Assembly (NCBI RefSeq): GCF_009914755.1 | Contig: NC_060932.1 | DNA length: 64,000 bases | From: the human T2T-CHM13v2.0 reference genome, Homo sapiens | Direction: 5' to 3' (one strand) | In this document: one piece after another, positions 1 to 13,100 of the stretch | How the letters are laid out: the number at the start of each line of letters is the position of its first letter | Position numbering within the stretch: the stretch's first letter is position 1 | The notes under the pieces: generated by a model | Database searches by the model: none | The model's input: only the letters and a program-made list of their open reading frames with translations | What the model was told of the DNA's origin: nothing | Position numbers and translations under genes: made by a program

Positions 1-277
1 AGTGGTCTGATGAGGTCCATATCCAGTCTGTCTGCCTTCAAAGTCCAGGCTGCCACCATGCTGTGCTGCTTGCTATTAGCAGCTGGCATTTGCTGAGCTG
101 GTATCTTATGCCTGGCACAGTGCCAAATGTAATAAATTGTGTTATCTCCTGTAATTTTGTCATAATTCTCTAGGTGGGTAGTACTAACCTCATTGTACAG
201 ATGTGAAAACTGAGGCCCAGAAAGCATAAGTGCCTTGCCCAGTTCACAGAGTCAGTAAGTGATAGTGGCTAGCATTT

Positions 278-659
278 GTGTTGTTTCCCACACGTTTCGA
301 CTCTCTGCTCTCTGGGACGGGGTAGGACTGCACCTCCTCACCCTTGATCTCATAACCTAACTTTGGTCAATGTCATGAGAAAAGAAATGATGTGTGTCAC
401 TTCTAGGCAAAAGCTCTAAGAGCAAGACTGAAATAAATCTGCTGCATTCGCTTTGCCCTGCATGGCAATTATTGAAACTTGAGGCAAGAAGGTGCCTTTT
501 TCAGCTTGGTCCTTGAGAGACGATAACATAGAGCAAAGCCCCCAGCCTCTCTGCAGTAGGCAGGTGGTACAAGGAGAGGGATCCTGAACTGTTCTAAGCC
601 ACTTATATGTTGAGATTGTTTGTTAGCTCAGCATCATCCAGCCCACCCTGACCGATACA
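278..659 (+). mobile_element. Old MaLR LTR (MLT1 family), apparently inserted in a MIR
   Basis: gtgtgtcacttctaggc...aagccact...gagattgtttgttagc...ccctgaccgataca 3' end; MIR-like tacagatgtgaaaactgaggcccaga upstream. Confidence 0.6.
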
Positions 660-789
660 GGTTGGGACAGTCTGTCTGCCTTCCAAGTCCAATTTTACAA
701 TCACCATCTTATACTTATATTAATGCCTTCTGAACTCGATGATACCATGGGGGTAGAAAAGAACTGAAAGACTGCTTTTTCCTTTTCAG

Positions 790-852
790 TTGCTCAAAAT
801 AATGCTCCCAGTTTTTGCCCTTTGGTTGTTCTGCCTTCCCTCACAGAGAAAG
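790..852 (+). CDS. TG: Thyroglobulin coding exon (exon 35, 63 bp)
   Basis: ttttcag|TTGCTCAAAAT...GAGAAAG|gtaagt; encodes (I)AQNNAPSFCPLVVLPSLTEK, which joins in frame to VSLDSW of the next exon as in human Tg. Confidence 0.95.
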
Positions 853-2101
853 GTAAGTTCATTGTCTTTTTATCTCTTGGATGAGAGTACCCCCTCATTC
901 ATCTTCTTTCTCCTCTTCCCCCTTGCTTTTGTACAGAAGTTGATAGCTTGCATATCACTCGCATTAATTCCAGCTCCTATGAATTAAACACATGTATAAG
1001 TGGGGTGAGTACCAGCAACATGCCCACTTTGCAGATGAGAAAACTGACTCACGGGAATGAAATGATTTGTGGAAATTATGTGGCTGATTGAAGCAGAGTA
1101 AGACCTAAGTCGCGTTCTCCCAGTTTTCATTTTAAGGATTATTTCGCCCTATCGAGTAATGACTAGACACACACAATCCGGAGGCAATGTCAAGAATGGT
1201 GTTATTTATGGCCAAAAAGGGAAAGAAGTCAGCTCCTTATTAGTGCAAAAGAGTTGGAGCTTACAGTTATCGGCCACACTGGGCAGCACTGTGACATCTA
1301 ATGATGAAACACTGGCCCTGAGTCCAGGAGCCCAGGTGCCCAGGTGCCCGGTAACATAGCCTGGACCCAGGCTGCCCTTGCTCCTGCACATCCCACTGAT
1401 CCTCCTCACTCATGGCATGAGTCAGCAGAAAGTGCAGAGAGGTTGGGTGCAGTAGAGACATCTGGATGCTCTAGATGGGGGTGAGGTGGAGGGGTCAGGA
1501 CAGCATGGGCCTCACTGCACCGTCCCCTTTTCTGCTTCCCTTTGTAAGGAAATGAGAGGCTCAGCCTGGGCTCCACACGCTGCTCAGCCAAGAGGCCAAG
1601 CGATGTTAATTCCTGTCCTGTGACATGATGTCTAAGGGGCCCTAGAAATCTGTCATTATGGCTATTATGGCCCTGGCTGGAGAGACAGAATATAGCTCAT
1701 GTAGGAGGAAATTATTTAAAACCAGGGCTGTGGCTAAAAGTATAAAAATGTCTTTTACTCATATATGTTATTAGTTTCCCTCAGTCAGTTAAAATAGCAA
1801 ACTTTGGAGAACACATTATATATAAAGTTGTTGAGCCTTCTATAGAAACTGTGTATGCTAAGCACTTTGCATTCATGATAGACGTTAGCTTCCTGAGATA
1901 CTGTAAGGTTGGCATCGTTATTTCCATGTCAGATGGTGGAGTAGGGCTTAGAGACAGATAAGGTTGCCCAAGACCAAACAGATAATACATGTGCTAGCCA
2001 GATTTTGGTCAAAATTGATTTTGAATTTTATCAAGTTAGTGTACAAACACAGTTGAAATAATCAAAAAGTCCCAAAAGATTTATGGTTTAAAAAGAAAAC
2101 A

Positions 2102-2410
<309 letters not shown>

Positions 2411-2517
2411 TCATCTATGTCATCTCTGCTCATCTGCCACTCCCACTCCTAGTAGCCCCAAATTTCAACTCTTCTAACTACTTTTTTTCTCATCCTGGCC
2501 TCCGTGTTTCTAAGTTA

Positions 2518-2840
2518 CAGTTGGCCTGCTCTATGTGGGTTCCATAGCCGTGTGTTCAACGACACACAGATCAAAAATAATCAGAAAATAAAATTCCAAA
2601 AAATTCCATAAAGCAAAACTTGAATTTGCTGTGCGTCAAGTACTACATTGAATCCATGCAGACAAAGCTGTGTGTAGGCATTGTATTAGACATTTTAACT
2701 AATCTAGAGATGATTAAAGTATACAGAGAATGTGTGTGAGTTATATGCAAATGCCACACCATTTTGTATAAGAGACTTGAACATCTGTGAATTTTGGTAG
2801 CCATGGGTGGGAGGGGTCCTGGAACCAGTTACCCATGGAA
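2518..2840 (-). mobile_element. MER2-family (Tigger) DNA transposon
   Basis: Reverse complement ggttccaggacccc...ttgcatataac...tatactttaatcatctctagatta matches recalled MER2 consensus. Confidence 0.75.
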
Positions 2841-3740
2841 TCCCACTATTCCTTGATTTGTCAACTTCAGAAGTGACTGTTCACTTCTTGCCTTGATGGA
2901 GACTTAGCTCTCTGTCTCTTTTATCACTACCCTTTTACAATTTTCCTCCTTTATCAACAAAATATATTAATATCAAGATTTGGGGTTGAAACAAGAGTAA
3001 ATCATTATTATGGCCACGTAAATATGGTTCACCACAGAGCCCCAAAGAGAAACAGTAGCATCCTGTTACAATTGTCAAGATTTTCAGCTATCCTGCTGTC
3101 ACACACAATCCCTGCTGTACCCCTGCCCTCTGCAGCACCTGCTTCCTGCTCATCAAAGGCCTGGGGAGCTGCAGATCGTGTGGGTGCTTCCTTCTGTAGG
3201 CACTGGGGCACTGCTTGTTCCTCTCTGCCAAGTCAGTTAACATGCCTCCATCTCCCATTCTTCACTTAACAGTGTTTGAAGTCCCTCATCTGCTGTCTGC
3301 TCCTTGCGTTTCCTTTTTTCCTTGTTCTTTTTTTTGTTATCTTTGTGGGTTTAGATGCTTATATTCTTTTACTTCATTTTGCAGGGGGTTGTGGAGGGAG
3401 AGAGGATAAAGGGCAGTATTTAATTCAAAACAATACTATAGTATTTTTCAAAACTTTTTAACGTTTAATGAAAACTCATTTTGTCTTCAGCACTGTGCTA
3501 AGCATTTAAACTTCATATGAACCTCAAGCGATAGGTCCTATTATAATATTTGTTAGCTATAGAAAATTCACACAAAGCAGAAATATAGAAAGAAAATCAC
3601 AGTTATTTAGAAGTTACTCTGTGTCAGTTAATTCATTTGTTTATTTTTTCAATCTTTTTAGGCTCTCTGTATGGTCTGATATCATTGTAGTCTCTATGTA
3701 TAATGTTGCATTTTTGGTTGTTTTTACCTAATATTGCATT

Positions 3741-3866
3741 GTATATATATATGTGTGTGTGTGTATATATATATGTGTGTATATATATGTATATATGTGT
3801 ATATATAGTATATATATGTGTATATATGTGTATATATATGTATGTGTATATATATATATGTATATA
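3741..3866. repeat. (TA)n/(TG)n compound microsatellite
   Basis: gtatatatatatgtgtgtgtgtgtatatat... Confidence 0.95.
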
Positions 3867-5083
3867 TCTCCAAATTGTTACATATCTGTCTAAATCACTC
3901 ATTCATGCAGGCATGTATATACGTAGTGACTCATTCATTGAGTCTTCTATGTTCCTACTCTCACGATGCTCACCTTCTAGTGATGAACAACAAATGAGCA
4001 ACAATATTGTTAACAGAGATAGCTGTCCTGTTATTCCACCAGTTCATTAGTCCATTTCTTTATTTTTGGTCATTTGATTGTTTATTATTATTCATCATTA
4101 TAAAAATAGCAAAGTGAACTACTTGGTACCTAAAATTCCCTCCAGAAGACCAGATTATTTCCTGGGGTAAGATTGACCAAAGCGGAATTATTGGGCTTGA
4201 GAAATTTACATTTTAAGACCCTAGATTTATATTGCCAAATTAGTCTCAAACAGTTGTTGCTAGTTGCATACTTACCAGCCGTAAATTAAAGTGGTTTTTG
4301 GCTTTTGATATACTTGCGATCCTTAAGTTTTATCACTAAAAAATTATTTATTAAATTTATAGATAAAGAGTGTTTTGATGTCAAATACTATTGTTAAAGA
4401 TGCATAAACCAAAGCATAACTTCTTTGGGTGATTTTACAATGCTTCCACTCTATTTTTGCTAAACATTTGTATTACTGACATGTGAATTACCTACAAAAG
4501 AAAAAAAAAAGGATGGAGCACGGAGCATGTCCTTTCACATATACACACAGCCTATGGGCCTGAGTAGGTGTTTCCAAGGTGGAATGAGATGTCACAGTGC
4601 TTGTAAGTGTCTTGTTAACAAGTATGATTTAAAAGCATAGAAATGTCAGAGCCAACATCCTATCTATGTGTTAAAATTCCCAAATTAGAACTAAGAATTT
4701 TGGCATGTTCCTTTGATGTGAATCAGAGGGAGGGGATAACTCTGCCTTCAGGGTGTTGAAATGTCATTGTATGGTTCTGACATAGATTGTGAGGATGTGT
4801 CTATATGTGTATGTGTATGTGTACAGGCACGTATGCACTGTGTATATGTAAAATATTCATCTTTATGTACTCTCTATTCAGGGAGAAAAGGAAATATTTC
4901 TTAAATATCAAATATTTATAAATCATATAATATTCACAAGAAATTTAGGTTCATAGCATGGTCTGTTTTTCAAATAAGGAAACGGAAATTAAATGACTGA
5001 GCTGGGATTTGAACCCACATCTGTATGGACCCTTTCAGAGTTAGATAAGGTTACTTGGTTGAGTTTCTGAAACAGGTTAGCAA

Positions 5084-5501
5084 AGATGAGCTTTTGAGTC
5101 TAGACTTGTCTGGAGACCTAATCTCTTGGTTTCATGTCTTTTATACGTGTGTGTGTGTGGTGTGTGTGTGTGTGCGTGTGTGTGTGTATAAGCCACCCAT
5201 TCAAAGTCTACTTCAAAGAAAGAATTCTTTGCATATGCAAACCATTCTCTCTGGAAAGACTTTCTAAAACTCACCTGCCTGCTAAACTGGTGCCTTCAAA
5301 CCAGCTAGTGTGTTAGAAACCTTCTCTAGAGCAACAGAAATGCAGTGTTTAGAGCAGCCCTTATCACATAGTATGTACTCAAGACAGGTGCATGAGATTT
5401 CAGAAGTCTCCTCCATCTGCACACCATCCCCACTGACCAGTCGGGGGAGCAGAATTCTTTCTTTGAAGTAGACTTTGAATGGGCAGCTTGTACATACACA
5501 T

Positions 5502-5543
<42 letters not shown>

Positions 5544-5596
5544 AATGAAGCTAAGCAATTAGGTCTCCAGACAAGTCTAGACTCGAAAGTCCATCT
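5084..5596. repeat. Inverted duplication: arms ~5084-5228 and ~5451-5596, each with a TG/CA microsatellite
   Basis: gagtctagacttgtctggagacctaat...cccattcaaagtctacttcaaagaaagaattct is the reverse complement of agaattctttctttgaagtagactttgaatggg...attaggtctccagacaagtctagactc. Confidence 0.95.
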
Positions 5597-6337
5597 GCAC
5601 AGTGGAACTGTTCCTAGGCTGCAGTGGGATACTGACAAGTTTCCCCCAGATTCACCATAGACAGGCAGGAAAAGCACCACAAATATATTATGACCAAACT
5701 GTGACTTGGAGGAGGAGTGTGCATCTGTCAGATGGCCAAGAGGAGAATGGATAGTGTCTGAGGCAGAGGGCACTGCATGTGTGGAAGCATGGGGACATGC
5801 ATCAGCAAGGCTCAGGCAGGACCATGCAAGTAGCTCAGTGTTGCAGGACCAACAGGTGCAGAAGAGGACAGGGGCCAAAGCGTAAAGTGCATTGGATACT
5901 GCAGATCCTTGCAGGGCTTGAAGCAGTGGAACAATGATCTTTAAAACTATGTAAAAGCTTTACTTTGCACTATCATGAGAGTGTTTTGGTGGATGACTAG
6001 CTAGATTTTGAGAAAGTGAGGACAATTATATCAACGGTGTATAGTGTATAGTTGTACTCTCTTTGGATAAAAATTGTTTTATAAACAAGTGAAATAGTAA
6101 ATATATATTTTCTTTGTCAGACAAATGTACATTGCATCTTAAAAGGCTTACACCAACCAAGCCAGCAAGGCTGCTGCAGGTTAGCTTGAGTTATCTTCTC
6201 CAGTGTTGGAGCCTGCCTGTGTGATCGTCGCACCCCTTCCCTGCTTCCCAAATGTGGGATCTCCTAAGGGTTTATTCCCAGGACAACGAGCATTCAGCTT
6301 GCCATTCTCTATTTCAGAAATGTTTCTCTTAGAGGTG

Positions 6338-6704
6338 TGTATTAGTTCATTTTCACGCTGCTCATAAAGACATACCCGAGACTGGACAATTTGCAGAAGA
6401 AAGAGGTTTAATTGGACTCACAGCTCCATGTGGCTGGGGAGGCCTCACAATCATGGCAGAAGGCAAGGAGGAACAAGTCACATCTTACGTGGATGACAGC
6501 AGGCAAAGAGAGAGCTTGTGCAGGCAAAATGCCATTTTTAAAAGCCGTCAGATGTCCTGAGACTTATTCACTATCATGAAAACAGCACAGGAAAGACCTG
6601 CCCCCATGATTCAGTTATCTCCCACTGGGTCCCTCCCACAACACGTGGGAATTATGGAAGCTGCAAGGTGAGATTTGGGTGGGACACAGAGCCAAATCAT
6701 ATCA
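6338..6704 (-). mobile_element. THE1 (THE1B-like) solo LTR
   Basis: tgtattagttcattttcacgctgct...gggacacagagccaaatcatatca; flanks aggtg/agatg resemble a 5-bp TSD. Confidence 0.9.
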
Positions 6705-7726
6705 AGATGCTACTTAATTAAATTTACTATTTGGATTGAAAGCCAGGGTAAACACAGAATATTTAGGATTTTGTCCTCTCCATTCTATGTGTGTTTCACA
6801 TGAATACTTCAACATACCATTTGGAAAATGCTCCCGCCATTGACTTTGAGCCCTTTTGAGCAATGGGTGCAGCACAGGTTGCTGCTGGCAGAGCGGACTG
6901 TGAAGAAGGCTGCAGCTGAGAGGTGCGAGGTGGAGCGAAGAGAGATGTCTCGTTACAGTTTGTCCTGCTCAGCTTTCCAGCACCTCTCTCCTGACCTCAT
7001 CCTGGAGCTCAGTGACAGGGACAAAGCCTGAATTCAGGGCAGATGGAAACAGCAGTGGCTGCCCCAACAGCTTTTGAACCACACAATGAAAAGGAATCAA
7101 CTTTGTCTGCTTGGCCTCCATCCTGTGCCTTTGCCTGTGCCCGTGGGTTGACGGAATTCACTTGATCTTTTCTGCAAATGTTTTTCATTAAGCTGGAAAC
7201 AGAGTCCTGTGATCCTAAAAAGTGTCAGCACCGGCGGGAAGCATGTACACCCTCTAAGCGAGGAAGCAATGCGACATCACGGTGCAGCACGTGGGCTTTG
7301 AGGTCCACCTGGGCAGCTTCACTGAGTATCTGGGCCAGATTTCACAGCCTCTTGATGCCCCTGCTTGCCCCAGTAAAGTGAGAATAATGGTGAAATATAA
7401 GCAATATCAGTCTAGCAGGCTTTTGTTGAAGAGCAGATAAAGTATAATGCTCAGCATGGAATTTGCTGTAGAGTGGGTGTTCAAGAAACGTCAGCAATAA
7501 TTCCCAAGTCCAAACCGCTTTACAGAGGAGGAAACTGAGGCAGAGAGAGAGTGTGACTTCCCCACATGACAACCAGTTAAAGCTGAGCTATACAATTATA
7601 TATATATATATATATATAATATACATGTACGTATACACACCCATGTATACAGTCACACACACATTTTTATGGATAACTGTTATTAAGGTAAAGAGTTTGC
7701 TAGTAGCTCTATCATTTTTTGCTCTT

Positions 7727-8045
7727 ATTTTTAGTTGACATATAATAATTTTACACATTTATGAGATACAGAGTGGTATCTTAATACATGTATACAATGT
7801 GTAATGATCATACCAGGGCAATCAGCATATCTATCGCCTCAAATGTTTATCATTTCTTTGTGTTGTGAACATTCCAAATCCTCTCTCCTAGAGTTTTGAA
7901 AATATACACTAATTGTTAGCCATCTTCCCACTACAGTGCTACACAGCAGTGGGAATCATTTTTCCCGTCCCCCTGGAACTGCACACCCTTAACTAACCTC
8001 CCTGTCTCCTCCCCCTCCCTCTGATCTTCCCAACCTCTAATGACC
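7727..8045 (-). mobile_element. L1MA 3' end fragment
   Basis: tacatgtatacaatgtgtaatgatc...atcatttctttgtgttgtgaacattc typical antisense L1MA 3'UTR. Confidence 0.75.
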
Positions 8046-8389
8046 ACACACAATCATATATTTTAAAAATTCCTATTCATGGAATGACTGAATATGCCAA
8101 TCACCATGCTAAATGCTTTCTATATTTTAATCTTCACAACTGCCCTACAAGGTGTGCACAACTGTGTCCATTTTCCAGATTTGGAAGCTAAGGCTCAGAG
8201 AGGCCCAAACTCACATAACCAGTACTTTGTAGAGCTGAAATTTGTACTCAACCCGGATGTAAACCCAGAGTCTCCCCGCGAAGATGGTGGCTGTCGCTGC
8301 TCCAGTTTCCCGGGAATCATACTCTGAGATGAAGTTTAGTAGGAAGGCCAGTTTTTTTTTTTTTTTTTTTAGCAAAAAGTTAATTCTAC

Positions 8390-8695
8390 CAACAGGGGTG
8401 TTAGGAGGCAAGGGAAGGCCCAGGACTGGGCTGAGGGAGAAGTTGAACCTTAGTGTTGTCTCGGTGGAGGCCTCAGATGGCCCTTTAGGGATGCTGAAGC
8501 TGGGATGACCTTTAAAATTGTTATGGCCTCACGCTGGTCACTCATTACCATGAGCTGCCCTGAGCAGGGCATGACCTTCAGCCGAGGCAGTCCTGGAAGG
8601 GGGCAGACAGTGGTCTGCCTCAGCAGCACCCACCACTGCTAATGTAGAGCCCTGCAGTCCTGGAGGGAGTCAGGGACCCCACAGCACTCTCCACA
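8390..8695 (-). mobile_element. ERVL LTR16-like fragment
   Basis: Reverse complement begins tgtggagagtgctgtggggtccc, like LTR16 5' ends; similar to the 28455-28891 element. Confidence 0.5.
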
Positions 8696-10140
8696 GTGGC
8701 TTTGCACTCTAATAATCCAGACTGGGACGTGTCTGACGGTGGAATGCATGCCTTTAAACGCTGTGCACCAACCCAGGCACACTGTTTTCTTACTACTATA
8801 GGCACTGGGCTGATGGCGTGTTAAAGGCACACAGGACTGATTCTTCATCCCTTTGGTCCTCAGCCTAGAAGGCCCAGGTGAGTGGCCACTGATTCCAAAA
8901 TTGTTTAGTGTTTGTATAAAACTTAAATGTCCTGTCTAAATACGCACAGAGCTTATGCATGCATGTGCACACGCACACACGCACACAAGCCATTTTGAGG
9001 GAGCTCATGGTGCATACCCTGTCACTATTTCATCAGAAAAGTTGTCCAGGGATAGGTTTTATATCCCAGGGGCCAGCAAGACATGCCGGTTAGCACACCC
9101 TGTTTCCTCACTTTGGTTGAGAGTGCCAAATGAATCATGTTGTTAGCAGCTGCAACACTCAGCACGCGGGAACTCCACTCCCAAGCCAGGATCCACATCT
9201 GCCAGGGACTGTGCTGCTTGGGTGACTATAATTGCTGTAATGTGTGAGGCTGAGTATGGTCTGGGCACAGCCTCACATCTGGCAGCCCCCTGGACCTCTT
9301 CTCTGTCTCTCTGAGACCGAGAGATTGAGAAGGAAAAAGAAACAGCTGGCAAACTGGTGCTGCAATGATAGTAGGTCTTAGGAAACTGAGAAAGGTGAGG
9401 AAACTGGTTCCCAGTTCCCTTCCTTCCTGGAAGGCTTCACTTCTCTCCACAGGTGCAGGAGGGAGCCACTAGCCAATGGAGAAGTGCTGGGTTTAAGACT
9501 CAGTTATGGTTTCATCTGCCTTGGCTGCCTTTCCCCTTTGTTCAGTTGCTTATTCATTCAACAAGCATTTGGTGGGTACCTACTTTGTACCAGGCACTAA
9601 GCACTGGGGTACGGCTGTAAATGAGCAACATGAGTGTGTCAGAGGATGCACCATAGGCTCCCTCTTTGGGAGTGTTTGTGTGTGTGTGCATAAGCTCTGT
9701 GCATATTTGGATAGGAAATTTAGGTTTTATACAAGCATTAAACAATTTTGGAGTCAGTGCCTGCTCACCTGGGCCTTCTGGCCGGAGGACAAAAAGGATG
9801 AAGAATCAATTCTGTGTGGCTTCAATGTGCTCCATCAGTTCAATAGAAAGCTATAGTATTAGGTGCAAAAGTTACTGCAGTCTTTGCCTTTGAAAGTAAT
9901 GGGAAAATTGCGATTACTTTTGCACCCACCTAATAGGAAGAAGACAGTGCTCCTGGGTTGGTGCTGGAGAGCCTGCACAGTGTTTCATAGCACTCATTCC
10001 ACCCTCAGATGTGTCCCACATTGGACTAAAGTATATAGACACTGTGGAGGGTGCTGTGGGGTCTCTCAGACTCCCTTTAGGATGGAAGGGCTCTACCCCA
10101 GTGGCTGTGGGTGCTGCTGGCAGAGAGACCACTGTCAGTC
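8600..10140. repeat. Inverted duplication: arms ~8600-9025 and ~9635-10140
   Basis: gattcttcatcc...agaaggcccaggtgag...ccaaaattgttta...gcacagagcttatgca is the reverse complement of tgcataagctctgtgc...taaacaattttgg...ctcacctgggccttct...ggatgaagaatc. Confidence 0.92.
9859..9933. mobile_element. MADE1 (Hsmar1-derived MITE) with TA target duplication
   Basis: ta|ttaggtgcaaaagttactgc...gcgattacttttgcacccacctaa|ta, near-palindromic 75 bp. Confidence 0.88.
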
Positions 10141-13100
10141 CTGTTCTGGGAAAAGACCACACCTCTATAGGGTTTGTTCCTCCTCTGCTCTGAGCCCCAG
10201 GTCACTTCCTCCAAGGGATGGCTGACCACCCCATCCAAAGTAGCTCCCTTCTGCACTCTCCATCCCTTCACCCTGCTGTACTGCCTCTGGGAACCATCGC
10301 TATGAATTGTTGTCATTTGTTTACTTGTTGAGTGTTGCTTGCCCTCTCTGGAATGGGAGCTGCAGGAGGACAGGGACTTTATCTGTCTCATTTACTGCGA
10401 CTGTGGGAGTCCCAGCACCTGTGGGAGTCAGTGTTCAGTAAATATTTACCGAATGAATGAATGGATTTTTCTTGCTTGCTTGTTAGATTTTGGGCTCCCA
10501 GAGGGCAGATATTTTGTAATTCATGGTTGGGTTCTTCACATTTAGCAAAATGTCCAGTATAGAGTAGATGCTCAATATTATTTTATTTATAGTTATTTGG
10601 TTTTAAATAATAGATATAAGTCTCCACTTTGACCTAAGTCAGTATTTAAAGGTAAAAGTGATCAACTAACTTTTGTTGAAGAAATGAATGAATAACAGAA
10701 TGAAAAACGAATGAATGGAGAGGGTGGTTGTGGAGTATTGAAAGCCACATGGGATATGAGTTTGGGCAGCCAAGTTTTGAACCCTCCCTTTGGCACTCCT
10801 TAAGTATGTGACCTTGGCCAGTTTAAAGAATCTTTCTGCATTTCAATTGTCTCACCTGTAAAATAGAGATGATTATACCACTTCAAAGAGGTTGTTTTAG
10901 GCTTAAAAGAGATATTATACATAAAATGGCTGTACTCAATGCTCAGTAAAGGTTGGCAGTGGTGGCATGGCTGGGTTAGGTCATGCACTACCAGTTCTAA
11001 TGGGGTCCTTTCACAGGTAATCTTTGTAAATGTTACCCCTGCAGTTGTGCTATGCACAACCTGTGCAGCTGTACATAGTGAGCCTGGGAGGCACTTGACA
11101 AATGTTTGCTGAATGGTTATGTCTTAAACTCTTGCTAGATCTTAGAGTCTTAGAAGATGGGGAAAATATATGGATTTTCTACAGTAACTTTCTCCCTATA
11201 CAGTACCAGTTTTGTACCTGGTCCATCAAAAATTTGCTTAATTATATTTAAAGGATATGGAGCCAAGAGCAAAATATGTCAACAGAAAACCTACCATTTG
11301 GATTTGGTTATTTAGCCTTTAGCTTTAAATATTTTCTTCTAAATATCCTTCTTAGCTATGGAAGATATCCTTCAGCCTAGAATCAGTCAGAAACCACATA
11401 ATCAAAAATGACCTCAATCAAAGCCGTAGGTAGAGGGAGCTGGCGTTTGGTACTGCCCTGTCTTCCTCTTTCTCTATAATTCCCCTCTGCCCACTCTGGG
11501 TAACTCCTGACTACATGCTCTTAAGCCATGATTCTCATCTAGAATGGCAATCCCAAGGCAGGACACTGTGATGAAAAAGTGGTTTCTCTTTCCTTCTCAC
11601 CCCTGAACAGTTGCCTTGAACAGGCAACTGTTAAGAATAGAAGGACCTTGTTTATTTATTATTTTATTTTCTAGTGCCATCCTGGAGCCTCTTGAGCCAA
11701 ATGGAATTAACAAAGTTATTCACACTAAGGTGAAAATATCAATATTTTAATATCTTTTTCAGGGGTGTTCACAGTTTAACAAGTGGGTAAACCGGTTCTA
11801 TTCTGAGAGCAGAGATTCAAAACTTTTGCCAAACACGCGGGGGAAATATTTTAGGCAGGTTGCCTGTCCTGGGGCTCCTCAGGCCCTTCTACATAGCTGA
11901 CAGTGAATGGGACCATCCCTGAGTACAACCCACTAGAAGATTTCCTTAGTTTTATGGCTTATAATAATTTTAATCACTGATTAAAAAGAGTGATAGTATG
12001 TTACAAGTGGCTAGTGCTACACAAAGTTTTTTTTAAATGATCCTTCAGTCATCCATTCATTTATTCTCCCTTGTTGAGTGTGCTGAATTCCCTGACCTCC
12101 TGAAGGAACTCAGTTTGACTTATTACAGAAGCATCTACCTCTTCTCCCCAGTGTTTAAAGTCCGGGAGGTGAGAGGGACCCAGCTGAAGAGGATGGAGTG
12201 AGGGCTTCCGTATAACTGGAGTACCTGGTGTCATGGGAAGGTGAGATGGGGAAAGAGGAGAGAAGGGGCTGGGTCAGATGATGGAAAGCATTGGTTATCT
12301 TGCTGTGATGGAGTAAGATTGAGGTAATGAGCTCCCTGTCACTGGAGTATTCAAATATGTTGAAGATTCTCTTGTTGTGAGAGGGGTTGGCTTAAATGTC
12401 TTTTAAATTTCCCTTTAAATTTTGTAATTCTCAGCATTGGCTCAGTTATGCTGTAGCGTGTGATTTTTTCCCTTCTGCTTTTGTGAGCGCTCACCCACAG
12501 GCAAGCAGAAGGAGCCAGGCAAAAGCAGAAGCTGGGAAGCACAGAGCCTGGTGCTGGGCAGATCTCAGTCTCTGTTCTAATTCTATTCCTACTCTATGAA
12601 TAACCTAGGGAAAGTCACTGCACTGCTCTAAGCCCCAGTTTCTTTAAGGTAGAATTCACCATGTTACCTATTACCTACAAGTTGAGATTTGGGTAAAGTC
12701 CTATGTGTAACATGCTTAGCCTACTACCCACCACATACAGCAAGTGCTTGATAAATGGAATGAGCAGCAGCTGCTCCTGCTCCTGCAGAGATCAGACACA
12801 GGTCTCTAACGTGGAGGGCAACGGTGCCGCCTTAGGAGTCTGTCTGTGTTCAAGGCAGCTGTGTGAGCTTGGGCAAGTTCCCTACAGTTCACCCATACCC
12901 TTGTTCAGCACCCCAAAGGAGGCCTCCATGGTGCTGGACTCACTTTGCTTAGATCAGATTGGTTGTTCACATGCATTTGTGCCTCAGAATTTCTATCGTT
13001 TTGCCCACGCACCCAGGATCATGCATGTGACCCCATGAAAGAGGAGTTCAGATGCTCTTAGGAGACCCAATTCTTGTACTCTCTCCATGTAGCTTTTGTG

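Noticed and set aside
3633-4050. Tyr/Ile/His-rich ORFs
   Set aside because: Translations of the (TA)/(TG) microsatellite
5282-5878. 198-aa minus-strand ORF with VCVCVC run, similar to ORFs at 5055-5316
   Set aside because: Similarity comes from the inverted duplication and microsatellite; no domain or splice support
11005-11022. tttcacag|gtaatc as a recursive splice site in intron 35
   Set aside because: Short pyrimidine tract and it lies in a MER91-like remnant; expected by chance
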